From Chloroflexota bacterium (lineage in GTDB: Bacteria > Chloroflexota > Dehalococcoidia > SM23-28-2 > RBG-16-64-32), in assembly GCA_022561095.1 (NCBI GenBank), contig JADFRV010000002.1:1-41138 (forward strand): a stretch of 41,138 bases of DNA, in the 5' to 3' direction. Of the stretch, positions 1 to 9,563 are shown one piece after another. The notes under the pieces are model-generated. The model was given only the letters and a program-made list of their open reading frames with translations, was not told the origin of the DNA and made no database searches. Within the stretch, counting starts at the first letter, position 1. Every line of letters begins with the position of its first letter. Made by a program: the position numbers and the translations under genes.

Positions 1-1
1 C

Positions 2-454
2 TCCGAGCGGTTCCTCGTTGACATCCTCGGTCTGGGCTGGGCGGAGGCGCACGAGGAGGCGCATCGGTTCGAGCATGCCATTTCGCCGCGCGTGGATGAG
101 CGCATCTTCGCCCTCCTCAACCACCCGACGACCTGCCCCCACGGCAGCCCCATCCCCGGCACGGGCGCCAAGCTGGACCCCAACCTCGTGCCCATGAACG
201 GACTGAAGAAGGGAGATAAGGCCACGGTGCGCTTCATCTCCGAGGAGCTGGAGGAGGACCTGGAGCTTCTGCGCTACCTGGAGCGGGGAAACGTCAAGCC
301 GGGCCGGGAGATCACGGTGCAGGAGATGGTGCCCTCCACCGGGGTGGTGGTGATCGATACCGGCGGCCAGAGCGTCTCCCTGGGGCTGGCGGTGGCGGCG
401 AAGATCCGCGTCGAGACCTCGCGGCGGTCGGCGAAGGCCGGCGCCGGGGCGTAG
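2..454 (+). CDS. DtxR/MntR-family metal-dependent transcriptional repressor, C-terminal part (5' end outside window)
   Basis: The reading frame is open from the window edge (SERFLVDILGLGWAEAHEEAHRFEHAISPRVDERIF...HPTTCPHGSPIPG). This matches the DtxR dimerisation/metal-site region followed by an SH3/FeoA-like C-terminal domain. The listed ORF 92-454 is only the part after an internal Met. Confidence 0.8.
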   Translation, partial: SERFLVDILGLGWAEAHEEAHRFEHAISPRVDERIFALLNHPTTCPHGSPIPGTGAKLDPNLVPMNGLKKGDKATVRFISEELEEDLELLRYLERGNVKPGREITVQEMVPSTGVVVIDTGGQSVSLGLAVAAKIRVETSRRSAKAGAGA

Positions 455-464
455 GTTTCAGGGC

Positions 465-1340
465 TCACAACCTGATTTCGCCCTCGATCACCGTAACGGC
501 GTGGCCGCCGATCTCGATTCCGCGGCCGTCATTGAATACTCTCACGAAGACCTTGCCGTCACGCCCCATCTCGGTCCCCTGGCTGGCCACGTACTCGTCG
601 CCGATATCCTTCAGCATCCCTGTCTTGGAAAGGTATGCGGCCACGGTGGCGTTGCCGCTTCCACAGACAGGATCCTCGAGGATGCCTTCGGCCGGCGCGA
701 AGGATCGGACGTGTACTGCCGCGCCGTCGCCGGACTCGAGGCCAAAGACGGTTACACCGACCACGCTCAAGTCATGGCTCAGTTTGGCGACGGCGGCCAT
801 GTCTGGCTCGAGGCGACGAAGCGACTCTACGTCTTCCATGAGAGCGACGAGCCAGATGGCGCCGACATCGATCGCCATGGGCGCGGGCCGCCTCGCGATG
901 GGCGCGCCGAGCGCCGCCGAGATGGCGTCCGCCGACGCCTCGTGGGTGCCCACTACCTTCGCCTCGGGGACGCGTACGAAGATGCGCCTGTCCTCGCCTG
1001 TACTCTCCATTGTCAAGGGCAGCACTCCCGCCAGACACTCTTGGCGGATGCTTCTGGATTCGGAAGGCAGGATGCCGCTTTCCAGGACGGCGTGGGCGGA
1101 GCCGACGGTGGGGTGGCCGGCGAACGGCAGCTCTTGGCCGGGCGTGAAGATGCGCAGCCGGTAGTCTGCGTCTGCGGTCGGCTTCAGCACAAACGTCGTC
1201 TCTGAGAGGTTGGTCCAGGAGGCTATGCGCTGCATCTGTGCGGGGTCGATGTCGTCTGCGTCCAGCACCACGGCTACTGGATTGCCGAAGAAGGGCCGGC
1301 CGGTGAACACGTCTACCTGCTTGAACCTGTAGGTGGGCAT
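465..1340 (-). CDS. PhzF-family isomerase (phenazine biosynthesis PhzF-like)
   Basis: 291 aa. The N-terminus FKQVDVFTGRPFFGNPVAVVLDADDID and the overall length are typical of PhzF/YddE family proteins. Confidence 0.85.
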   Translation of the reverse strand: MPTYRFKQVDVFTGRPFFGNPVAVVLDADDIDPAQMQRIASWTNLSETTFVLKPTADADYRLRIFTPGQELPFAGHPTVGSAHAVLESGILPSESRSIRQECLAGVLPLTMESTGEDRRIFVRVPEAKVVGTHEASADAISAALGAPIARRPAPMAIDVGAIWLVALMEDVESLRRLEPDMAAVAKLSHDLSVVGVTVFGLESGDGAAVHVRSFAPAEGILEDPVCGSGNATVAAYLSKTGMLKDIGDEYVASQGTEMGRDGKVFVRVFNDGRGIEIGGHAVTVIEGEIRL

Positions 1341-1445
1341 AGTGCGGCCTTTCGAACTAATTGAGCGCTTTGATTGTACTAACGAGGGTCTTCAGAAAAC
1401 GTCACGGGGGCGCCGCTCGCGAAATCAGGCGTTGCGCCGAACCGT

Positions 1446-2309
1446 CTAGCGCTTGGCCAGCTCCGGACGGCCGGACCAGGTCCAGGCGAGGTTGGTGCGG
1501 GAGACGCCCAGGAGCATGCCGTGCAGCGCCGTGGGGTGGATGAACAACCCCTCAGGGTTGGGGTCGTTGGTGCGACCGGCGTAGCGACCGCCCCGCGCCT
1601 CAAGTGCCCTCTGAATCGCCGCCACGTCGTCCGTCTCCACATAACCCATGTATATGCTCTGGCCGCGCCTGGCGTGGAAGCGGCCCATGGCCCGCGACGG
1701 CTCCGTGGGCTGGGACAGCTCTATACGGTCTAGCTGTTGCGGCGGGTTGAACAGCGTGAGCTGGCCGGTGTAGCCGTACTGCTCGCTCTCGATGGGAGAG
1801 AAGTTGGAGTCGTCAAGCCCGAAAATATCGGCGTAGAACGCCGCCGCCCGCTGGTGGTCGTCCACGAGGTTCGTCACCTCGTACAGCCACTTGACGAGGC
1901 CCACGGGCGAGCGCTCCTCGTGCGGCGATAGGACGATGTTCATCCCCGGCGTCTGGTCCGAGGCCCCGCCTGCCGGACGGGCAGGGATGAACAGCCGCCC
2001 GTCCTCCCCGCTGTGGGTTATGCCTCGCTCGGAGAGGCGGCGGCCGAGGGTGGAGAGATCGGTGGTGGAGAAGCCGACGCCCAGGATGCCCTCACCCCAG
2101 CGCTCCAGATGCGTTGCGACCGGGCCTTCGCCGGCCGGCTCCAGCAGATCGAACTCGGAGATGCCCGCCTGCACTACCGTTCGCCGCGCCGCCAGGAGCT
2201 TGCTGGTGTCATCGCGAACGGGCTCGGCGCCGAGGATGGCGCGGAACGTGTCCGCTGCCACCGCGCGGTCGCGGACGGCGAGAAGCATCCGGTCGACGTG
2301 TTTGAGCAT
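1446..2309 (-). CDS. VOC (glyoxalase/bleomycin-resistance/dioxygenase) superfamily protein, two-module
   Basis: 287 aa. The repeated beta-alpha-beta-beta-beta-like modules resemble VOC proteins. GAGGAGG lies 7 nt upstream of the ATG on the minus strand. Confidence 0.65.
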   Translation of the reverse strand: MLKHVDRMLLAVRDRAVAADTFRAILGAEPVRDDTSKLLAARRTVVQAGISEFDLLEPAGEGPVATHLERWGEGILGVGFSTTDLSTLGRRLSERGITHSGEDGRLFIPARPAGGASDQTPGMNIVLSPHEERSPVGLVKWLYEVTNLVDDHQRAAAFYADIFGLDDSNFSPIESEQYGYTGQLTLFNPPQQLDRIELSQPTEPSRAMGRFHARRGQSIYMGYVETDDVAAIQRALEARGGRYAGRTNDPNPEGLFIHPTALHGMLLGVSRTNLAWTWSGRPELAKR

Positions 2310-2426
2310 GGCGGCGCCTCCTCATAGGTGCATGTGACGCTGGCACGGCGATTCTAGCATAAGTTTGATCTTTTCAAGCAGAAACTGTCTCCCTATCATT
2401 GAGGTCGATCCTGGAAGGAGGCTCCA

Positions 2427-3221
2427 ATGACCACCACCACCGACACTGTGCTCCTCGACGTCGCCGAGCACGTCGCGACCGTGACGTTGAACCGCCCCGA
2501 AAAGCTCAACGCCCTTAGCGGAGAGCTGATGGACGGGTTGACCCCCACCATCGAAGGAGTGGCGGAAGACAGCGAGGTGCGCTGTGTGGTGGTCACCGGC
2601 GCCGGCCGCGGCTTCTGCGCCGGCGGAGACATCGCCGGTATGGCCTCCGGCGAGGCGGTGCCGAACGAGAGCCCAATCGCCCATCTCCGCCGCCGTGAGG
2701 AGGTCTCCCGGCTGCTGCACGAGATGCCCAAGCCGACGATCGCCATGATCAACGGCCCGGCGGCCGGCGCGGGGCTGAGCATCGCTCTCGCCTGCGACAT
2801 CCGCATCGCCGGGGAGAGCGCGCGTATGGGCACCGCCTTCGTGCGGGTCGGCTTCTCCGGCGATTACGGGGGCACCTGGATGCTCCAGCGGCTGGTTGGG
2901 ACGGCCAAGGCCCGCGAGCTCTACTTCACCGGCGACCTGATCGACGCGCGAGAGGCGGAGCGCATTGGACTGGTGAACCGCACCGTGCCCGACGATCAGC
3001 TGGCCGGCGAGACGCGCGCCCTGGCCGAGCGCATCGCCAAGGGGCCGCCTATCGCCCTCGCTCGCATGAAGCAGAACATGAACCTGGGCCTGCACTCTGA
3101 CTACGCTACTCTGTTGGACGCGGAGGCGGAGGGGATGGTAATGACCGGCGCCACGGAGGACAGCAGGGAGGCGCTAAAGGCGTTCCTGGAGAAGAGGACG
3201 CCCACGTTCCACGGGCGGTAA
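2427..3221 (+). CDS. enoyl-CoA hydratase/isomerase (crotonase) family protein
   Basis: 264 aa. It has VATVTLNRPEKLNAL, VVVTGAGRGFCAGGDI and INGPAAGAGLSIALACDIRIA crotonase signatures. GGAAGGAGG precedes the ATG. Confidence 0.9.
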   Translation: MTTTTDTVLLDVAEHVATVTLNRPEKLNALSGELMDGLTPTIEGVAEDSEVRCVVVTGAGRGFCAGGDIAGMASGEAVPNESPIAHLRRREEVSRLLHEMPKPTIAMINGPAAGAGLSIALACDIRIAGESARMGTAFVRVGFSGDYGGTWMLQRLVGTAKARELYFTGDLIDAREAERIGLVNRTVPDDQLAGETRALAERIAKGPPIALARMKQNMNLGLHSDYATLLDAEAEGMVMTGATEDSREALKAFLEKRTPTFHGR

Positions 3222-3225
3222 GAGG

Positions 3226-4275
3226 CTAATGCTCGTTCAGGGCGTCGATGAAGCGGCGCAGGCGGCCGTAGCTGCGCTGGTTGAAGTCCAGCGCTAGCCG
3301 TGCCAGTTCGGGGAAGTCGCCTTCCTCAACCTCAGCCTCGGACGGCTCCACCGCTCTCAGCGTACCGGAGCGCAGGATATCGGCGAACTCCTCCGCGAGG
3401 CGGGCCAGGGCGCGCTCGTCGGGGAGGCGCTGGAGGCGCAGGACGAGGACGCCGTCGACGTAGCGCTGGGAGTGGTAGTTGCGGTAGAACCCCTCGATCT
3501 CAGCCACGGCGGATTTGATGCTATCCGTGATGTGGACCAGGTCCATGTCCTCGGGCGAGATGAGGCCCTGGCCGGCGAGATGACCTTCTATGAACCGCCG
3601 CCAATCGGACCAGTACCGCCCGCCTTCCGCCTCCATCAGGACCACGGGGTGCAGATCGCTCTTGCCCGTCTGCATCAAGGTCAGCAGCTCGAACGTCTCG
3701 TCCAGGGTGCCGAAGCCTCCCGGGAACAGGGCGAAGGCATGCGACTCCTTGAGGAAGGTTACCTTGCGGGTGAAGAAGTACTTGAAGTTGATCAGCTTGG
3801 GGTCGCCCTCAATGACTACGTTGGGCTCTATGTCCATAGGCAAGCGGATATTGGCGCCGAAGCTGCGCTCTGCGCCCGCGCCCTCGTGTCCGGCCTCCAT
3901 GATCCCCGGCCCGGCGCCGGTGATCACCATCCACCCCCGCTCCGCGATCTCCTCGGCGAACATGCGGGCGCACTGATAGTTCGGGTCCTCCGGGTCGGAC
4001 CTTGAGGAGCCGAAGATACTGACCTTGCGCACGCCCCGGTACTGCTTGAACACCTTGAAGGCGTAGGCGAACTCCTTCAGCGCCGCGTTCACCAGCTTCA
4101 TCTCACCGCGGTCGGAGCGGTCACGGGCGACGCGAAAGCAAGCGGTGATCATCTCCGCTACCAGATCGCTATCGTTAGATATGCCGCTGGCCTCGACCAG
4201 CTTCGCGATGTTGGTGTCCAGCTCCTTGTCGCCGGTGCGGTAACGGCGGCGAGTACGTTCGGCCCTTTCTGTCAT
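3226..4275 (-). CDS. LOG-family (TIGR00730-like) nucleotide 5'-monophosphate nucleosidase with N- and C-terminal extensions
   Basis: 349 aa. The LOG core motifs are GAGPGIMEAGHEGA and PGGFGTLDETFELLT. About 100 aa of N-terminal and about 80 aa of C-terminal extra sequence are present compared with minimal LOG proteins. Confidence 0.8.
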   Translation of the reverse strand: MTERAERTRRRYRTGDKELDTNIAKLVEASGISNDSDLVAEMITACFRVARDRSDRGEMKLVNAALKEFAYAFKVFKQYRGVRKVSIFGSSRSDPEDPNYQCARMFAEEIAERGWMVITGAGPGIMEAGHEGAGAERSFGANIRLPMDIEPNVVIEGDPKLINFKYFFTRKVTFLKESHAFALFPGGFGTLDETFELLTLMQTGKSDLHPVVLMEAEGGRYWSDWRRFIEGHLAGQGLISPEDMDLVHITDSIKSAVAEIEGFYRNYHSQRYVDGVLVLRLQRLPDERALARLAEEFADILRSGTLRAVEPSEAEVEEGDFPELARLALDFNQRSYGRLRRFIDALNEH

Positions 4276-4290
4276 AGCGTCTTCAGTCTA

Positions 4291-4319
4291 TCACCAGCCG
4301 GCGGCCGGGACGCTATTAT
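4291..4319 (+). promoter_or_regulatory. putative promoter giving a leaderless dinB mRNA (-10 TATTAT 4314-4319, weak -35 TCACCA 4291-4296)
   Basis: The -10 box ends 6 nt before the A of the ATG at 4326, and no SD is present. Confidence 0.4.
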
Positions 4320-4325
4320 GAAGAC

Positions 4326-5399
4326 ATGCCGCGCACGATTCTGCATGCTGACCTGGACGCCTTCTACGCCTCGGTGGAGCAGTTGGACAGGCCGGAGCTG
4401 CGGGGCAGGCCGGTGGTGGTGGGAGCGCCGCCGCAGGCGCGCGGGGTTGTGGCCGCAGCCTCCTACGAGGCACGCCGCTTCGGTATCCACTCCGCCATGC
4501 CCATGAGCCGCGCTCTCCGCCTCTGCCCGCAGGCGGTGCAGGTGGCGCCTCGCTTCGACCGCTACGGTGAGGTCTCCCGCAGAGTGATGGCGATCTTCCG
4601 CGAGGTGACGCCGCTGGTGGAGCCGCTTTCGCTGGACGAGGCGTTTCTGGACGCCACGGAACAGGTTGGGGCGCATGGCGGCCCCGAAGCGCTGGCCCGC
4701 GAGATCAAGCGCCGGGTGAAGGAGGAGACAGGTCTCACGGCGTCCATCGGCGTGGGCACGAACAAGACGGTCGCCAAGATCGCCTCGGAGATGGAGAAGC
4801 CGGACGGGCTGGTGGTGGTGTCGCCGGGGGAGGAGGCGTCGTTCCTGGCGCCCCTGCCGGTGCGCTCCCTATGGGGTGTCGGTCCCAAGGCGGAGGAAGC
4901 GCTTCTCCAGATGGGGATGCACACTATCGGCGAGCTGGCGCGGGCCGGTGAGGCCGCGCTTGTCGAGCGCTTCGGCGTTCGCGGCCAGTGGTTCCGCCGT
5001 ATGGCTAACGGCCTGGACGATCGGCCTGTGGAGACCGAACAGGAGCGCAAGTCCGTGGGCGCCGAGACCACCTTCCCCCGCGACCTGGCCGACGGTCCGG
5101 AGCTGCGTGAGATTCTGAGCCGGGTGGCGGAGGAGGTGGCGAGACGGCTGCGAGAGAAAGGGGTTAGGGCGAGCACGGTGGTCCTTAAGCTGCGCTATAG
5201 CGACTTCCGCACAATCACTCGTCAGGCCAGCCTGGCGGAGGGGGTGGATAGCGCGCGTGAGCTGGTCACCGTGGCGGGCGCGCTGCTGGACAAGACGGCC
5301 GAGGCCGGCCAGCGGTTTCGGCTGCTGGGGATACACGGGACTAATCTCCAGGCGCCTGGCCCCGCTTCGGGCGGACAGCTTGGCCTGTGGGGGCGATAA
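4326..5399 (+). CDS. dinB: DNA polymerase IV (Y-family translesion polymerase)
   Basis: 357 aa. ILHADLDAFYASVEQ, SLDEAFLD and the little-finger region are characteristic of DinB. Confidence 0.9.
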   Translation: MPRTILHADLDAFYASVEQLDRPELRGRPVVVGAPPQARGVVAAASYEARRFGIHSAMPMSRALRLCPQAVQVAPRFDRYGEVSRRVMAIFREVTPLVEPLSLDEAFLDATEQVGAHGGPEALAREIKRRVKEETGLTASIGVGTNKTVAKIASEMEKPDGLVVVSPGEEASFLAPLPVRSLWGVGPKAEEALLQMGMHTIGELARAGEAALVERFGVRGQWFRRMANGLDDRPVETEQERKSVGAETTFPRDLADGPELREILSRVAEEVARRLREKGVRASTVVLKLRYSDFRTITRQASLAEGVDSARELVTVAGALLDKTAEAGQRFRLLGIHGTNLQAPGPASGGQLGLWGR

Positions 5400-5457
5400 G
5401 GGAAGGTTGGCTACGCGGATACGAGGGGTTGCTTGAGATGTGGAACGGAGACGGTGA

Positions 5458-6966
5458 TCAGACGGCGGGCTCCGGCGTCCGCTCCGCCTGGGGCTTCGCA
5501 GCCGGCACCTGGATCGTCTCCAGGAACACGCGCACCACCGTCGGGTCCCACTGGCTGCCGGCGCCGTCCTTAAGGATCTCGATCGCGGCCTCGTGTGGCA
5601 TCGCCTGCCGGTAGAGTCGGTCGGTGGTCATCGCATCGTAGGCGTCGGCGACGGCGACGATGCGCGCACCTGTAGGGGTGCGCTCGCCGCGGAGGCCGTC
5701 TGGATAGCCCTGGCCGTCCCAGCGCTCGTGGTGATGGTAGACGATCGGGTAGACGTTCATCAGGAAGGGCACCCGCTTGCAAATCTGGCCGCCGCTATAG
5801 CAGTGTTGCTTGACGATGGCGAACTCGTCCGGTGTGAGCTTGCCCGGCTTCTTCAGGATGGCGTCCGGCACGACGATCTTGCCCACGTCGTGGAGCGCCG
5901 CCCCCATCCGCACGACCTCGATCTCCTGCTGAGGTAGGGCTAGCTTGGTGGCTATGTGGGAGGCGTGCTCGGCGAGACGGTGGCAGTGGCCGCCGGTGTA
6001 GGGGTCGCGGCTCTCGATCGCCTCGGTGAGCGCCAGCGCCGTATCGAAGGCGAAGCGGGTCAGGCTCTCCCTCTGCCGCACGCTGCGGATCGCCAGCTCC
6101 GTCTGGCGGGCCAGCCGTTCCAGGCGGGTGAGCTCGTCGGGGGCGAATTGGCGCTCCCTTTCGTAGCAGATCACAAGGGCGGCGGCGACTCCCTCGTCGA
6201 ACTCCAGGGGAGCGGCGGCGGCGGACCGGTATCCCATAGTTTGGGCGAACTCGCGCAGGCTGTCATAGCGCGGGTCATCGAGGACGTTGCTGGAGGTGGC
6301 GATACGGCGGTGAAGGATAGCCCAACCGGAGACACCTTCACCGCGGGGAGCGCCGTTGGGAAACAGACGGAGGAAGTCTTCCGTCTCGAACCCGTGGGCG
6401 GCGTAGGGTCGCTCGCCGCTGGCAGGGTCGGACACCACGAGGCTGCAAAGCTTGGCGCCCGTGAGCTCTGCCACGCGGTGGGTGATCTCCCGGAGCACCT
6501 CCGTCTCATCGTCGCCGGCCATGATGGTGCTGTGGATGACGCTCAACGTCTCCAGCTCATGCTGGCGTATATCGTTGTGGGCCTGCACGTCCAGCAGGTG
6601 TTCTACGGTGTTATCGAGCTTGTCGCGCTGTGTCTTGATGTTCGCCCACTGGTTTATGGTGACGGTGAGGAAGAGGTAGACGGCAGGCCATCCCAGCCAG
6701 AACACCGGCATCACTGATTCGTTCATCTGGACGCCGAAGACGCCCATCGCCGGGCTGCTGGCCACGGAGGCCAGTATCGCTACGGAGAGGGAGTAGGGCA
6801 GGGGGTGGCGGAAAGCGAGGAAGATGATGGGCGCGAAGAACGCCGTAGTGAACACGCTAGGGATGAGGCCATCGTTGATGACCAGGAACGCGATCACGAT
6901 CGTGGCCGTGAGGGCCAGCGTCAGATCGAGTATGGGCTTACGGTTCTGCGCCGCCAAAAGGTTCAT
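5458..6966 (-). CDS. membrane-anchored GAF + HD-GYP domain c-di-GMP phosphodiesterase
   Basis: 502 aa. It has an N-terminal multi-TM region, a central GAF-like region and a C-terminal HD-GYP domain (HDVGKI...HHHERWDGQGYPDGL). Confidence 0.85.
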   Translation of the reverse strand: MNLLAAQNRKPILDLTLALTATIVIAFLVINDGLIPSVFTTAFFAPIIFLAFRHPLPYSLSVAILASVASSPAMGVFGVQMNESVMPVFWLGWPAVYLFLTVTINQWANIKTQRDKLDNTVEHLLDVQAHNDIRQHELETLSVIHSTIMAGDDETEVLREITHRVAELTGAKLCSLVVSDPASGERPYAAHGFETEDFLRLFPNGAPRGEGVSGWAILHRRIATSSNVLDDPRYDSLREFAQTMGYRSAAAAPLEFDEGVAAALVICYERERQFAPDELTRLERLARQTELAIRSVRQRESLTRFAFDTALALTEAIESRDPYTGGHCHRLAEHASHIATKLALPQQEIEVVRMGAALHDVGKIVVPDAILKKPGKLTPDEFAIVKQHCYSGGQICKRVPFLMNVYPIVYHHHERWDGQGYPDGLRGERTPTGARIVAVADAYDAMTTDRLYRQAMPHEAAIEILKDGAGSQWDPTVVRVFLETIQVPAAKPQAERTPEPAV

Positions 6967-7100
6967 AGACTAGCTTCGAGGTGGGCCATCACATCAACAA
7001 CTGGTGCTAGAACTACAGTACATAAGTTAGGACGGGTCTATCTGGAAAGCGTTGCAGAGTCAGCTGCGGGGTTAAGTAACAGTTAAGGTGAATACGGCCG

Positions 7101-7898
<798 letters not shown>

Positions 7899-8041
7899 CG
7901 GGCTAACCTCCTCCGGTGTGAAACCCGGGGGTAGTATAGCGAAACATCGATGCCGGGGAAACGACGCCTCCCGCCACCTCGGCGCGTTATAATACGGCCA
8001 CCGATGGCCGCACGGATGAAAAGCAGAGGCATATTCAGTAG

Positions 8042-9118
8042 ATGACCGTACGCGTTGGTATCGTCGGTTCGGGGTTCGCGGCCAGCCTGCACGCGCAGGG
8101 GCTGAGACAGGTGCCGGGCGCGGAGATCGTGGCCGCCGCCTCCCCCAACGCCGAGCACGCCTGGGTGTTCGCCCGCAGCTTCGGTATCTCGCATACCTTC
8201 ATCGACTACAAGGACATGCTGCGGGGCGACCTTGTCGATGCCATCACCGTCGCCTGCCCTAACGACCTGCACCACGAGGTGACCCAGGCAGCGGCGGCCG
8301 CCGGCAAGCACGTGCTGGTGAACAAGCCGATGGCGCTGAACCTTTCGCAGTGCGACAGCATGATACGGGCCTGCCGCGAGGCGGGGGTGATCCTGATGTA
8401 CGGCGAGAACTTGTGCTTCGCCCCCAAGTACGTGCGGGCGAAGCAGCTGGCGGACGAGGGCGCATTGGGCGACGTCTACTACGTGCGGCAGTTAGAGAGC
8501 CACGAAGGCCCGCATTCGGACTGGCTCTGGGATGTGGAGCGCTGCGGCGGCGGCGTGCTCATGGACCTGGGCTGTCACTCCATCGCCTTCTGCCGCTGGG
8601 TGTTCGGCGACGCCCCGGTGGAGAGCGTCTCCGCTGAGCTGGGCCGCTTCGTCCATGGGGGGCGGACGAAGGGCGAGGACCACTCGCTGTTGACGATGAG
8701 GTTCGCCGGCGGCGGCATCGGCGTGGCCGAGAACTCCTGGGCGCGCGCTGCCGGCGCCGACGACCGCGCCGAGATCTACGGCTCCAAGGGGCTAACGGTG
8801 GCCGATCTGGCCCGCGGTTCCGCCCTCAGCACCTACAGCGAGCCCGGCTACGGCTACGCCATCGAGCAGGGGCCGGGGACGAAGGGCTGGAGCTGGACGG
8901 CGCTGGAGGAGGCCTGGAGCGATGGCTACGTGCAGGAGATGGCCCACTTTGTGGAGTGCGTGCAGGAGGGCGGTCAGCCCGCCCTCAGCGGCGAGGACGG
9001 CCGCGCCGTGCTGGAGATCATCTGCGCCGCTTACAAGTCGGCAGGCACGGGCCAGCGGGTGCGGCTGCCGTTCCAGACGGACGCCCGAAGGCCTATCGAT
9101 CTGTGGCTGGAGAAGTGA
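8042..9118 (+). CDS. Gfo/Idh/MocA-family NAD(P)-dependent oxidoreductase
   Basis: 358 aa. It has an N-terminal VGIVGSGFAA Rossmann motif, a KHVLVNKPMA (EKP-like) motif and a typical C-terminal alpha/beta domain. A TATAAT box lies at 7988-7993. Confidence 0.85.
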   Translation: MTVRVGIVGSGFAASLHAQGLRQVPGAEIVAAASPNAEHAWVFARSFGISHTFIDYKDMLRGDLVDAITVACPNDLHHEVTQAAAAAGKHVLVNKPMALNLSQCDSMIRACREAGVILMYGENLCFAPKYVRAKQLADEGALGDVYYVRQLESHEGPHSDWLWDVERCGGGVLMDLGCHSIAFCRWVFGDAPVESVSAELGRFVHGGRTKGEDHSLLTMRFAGGGIGVAENSWARAAGADDRAEIYGSKGLTVADLARGSALSTYSEPGYGYAIEQGPGTKGWSWTALEEAWSDGYVQEMAHFVECVQEGGQPALSGEDGRAVLEIICAAYKSAGTGQRVRLPFQTDARRPIDLWLEK

Positions 9119-9122
9119 GGCG

Positions 9123-9413
9123 CTAGCCGGCCTGGAGCGCCCTCTCCATCTCCGCCTCGGAGTGAGCGCGCAGCGTCTCGCTGTGCACGTTCCCGGTGGC
9201 GGCGATGTTGAACAGGCCGGCCAGCATCGCGTCCTCGCTGGGCGCGTCCACGATGGAGACGATGTCGTAACGCCCCTGCGTCCAGTAGGTGCCGACGACC
9301 TTGAAGCCGCGCTTCTCGTTCTCGGCTCGGACCTCGCGGGCGCGCTTCACGGTATCCTTGATGTTCTTCAGCCCCTGGTCGCTGAACTTGTACAGCACTA
9401 CGTAGGTGGGCAT
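9123..9413 (-). CDS. GYD-domain protein
   Basis: The start is trimmed to the internal ATG at 9413 (MPTYVVLYKFSDQGLKNIKD...GRYDIVSIVDAPSED), which has GGAGG 7 nt upstream. The longer ORF to 9593 has no coding support. Confidence 0.7.
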   Translation of the reverse strand: MPTYVVLYKFSDQGLKNIKDTVKRAREVRAENEKRGFKVVGTYWTQGRYDIVSIVDAPSEDAMLAGLFNIAATGNVHSETLRAHSEAEMERALQAG

Positions 9414-9551
9414 GAGTACCTCCTTTCGAAAAGCGGACCACGGGATGCATGCGTATTCTATGGCATCGCTCCAGATTTCGGAAGCCGTACGTTCGCTATC
9501 GTTCCACCGCTCGCTCGATGGAGGCACAGAGTTGCTCGCAAGTAGCTGCGA

Positions 9552-9557
9552 TACAAT
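9552..9557 (+). promoter_or_regulatory. -10 box TACAAT placed 6 nt before the GTG start at 9564 (leaderless candidate)
   Basis: Sequence gcgaTACAATtagaccGTG. There is no SD and no convincing -35. Confidence 0.35.
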
Positions 9558-9563
9558 TAGACC

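Noticed and set aside
2322-3095. Large antisense ORFs: 2322-3095 (-), 14367-15164 (-), 17515-18354 (-), 19612-20499 (-), 21229-22017 (-), 9942-10565 (-), 5956-6717 (+), 25785-26528 (+)
   Set aside because: Each lies opposite a gene with clear family motifs and has the biased composition of a GC-rich shadow frame. None has a ribosome-binding site.
4276-4325. Search for a LexA/SOS (Cheo-type GAAC-N4-GTTC) box upstream of dinB
   Set aside because: No such motif is present on either strand.
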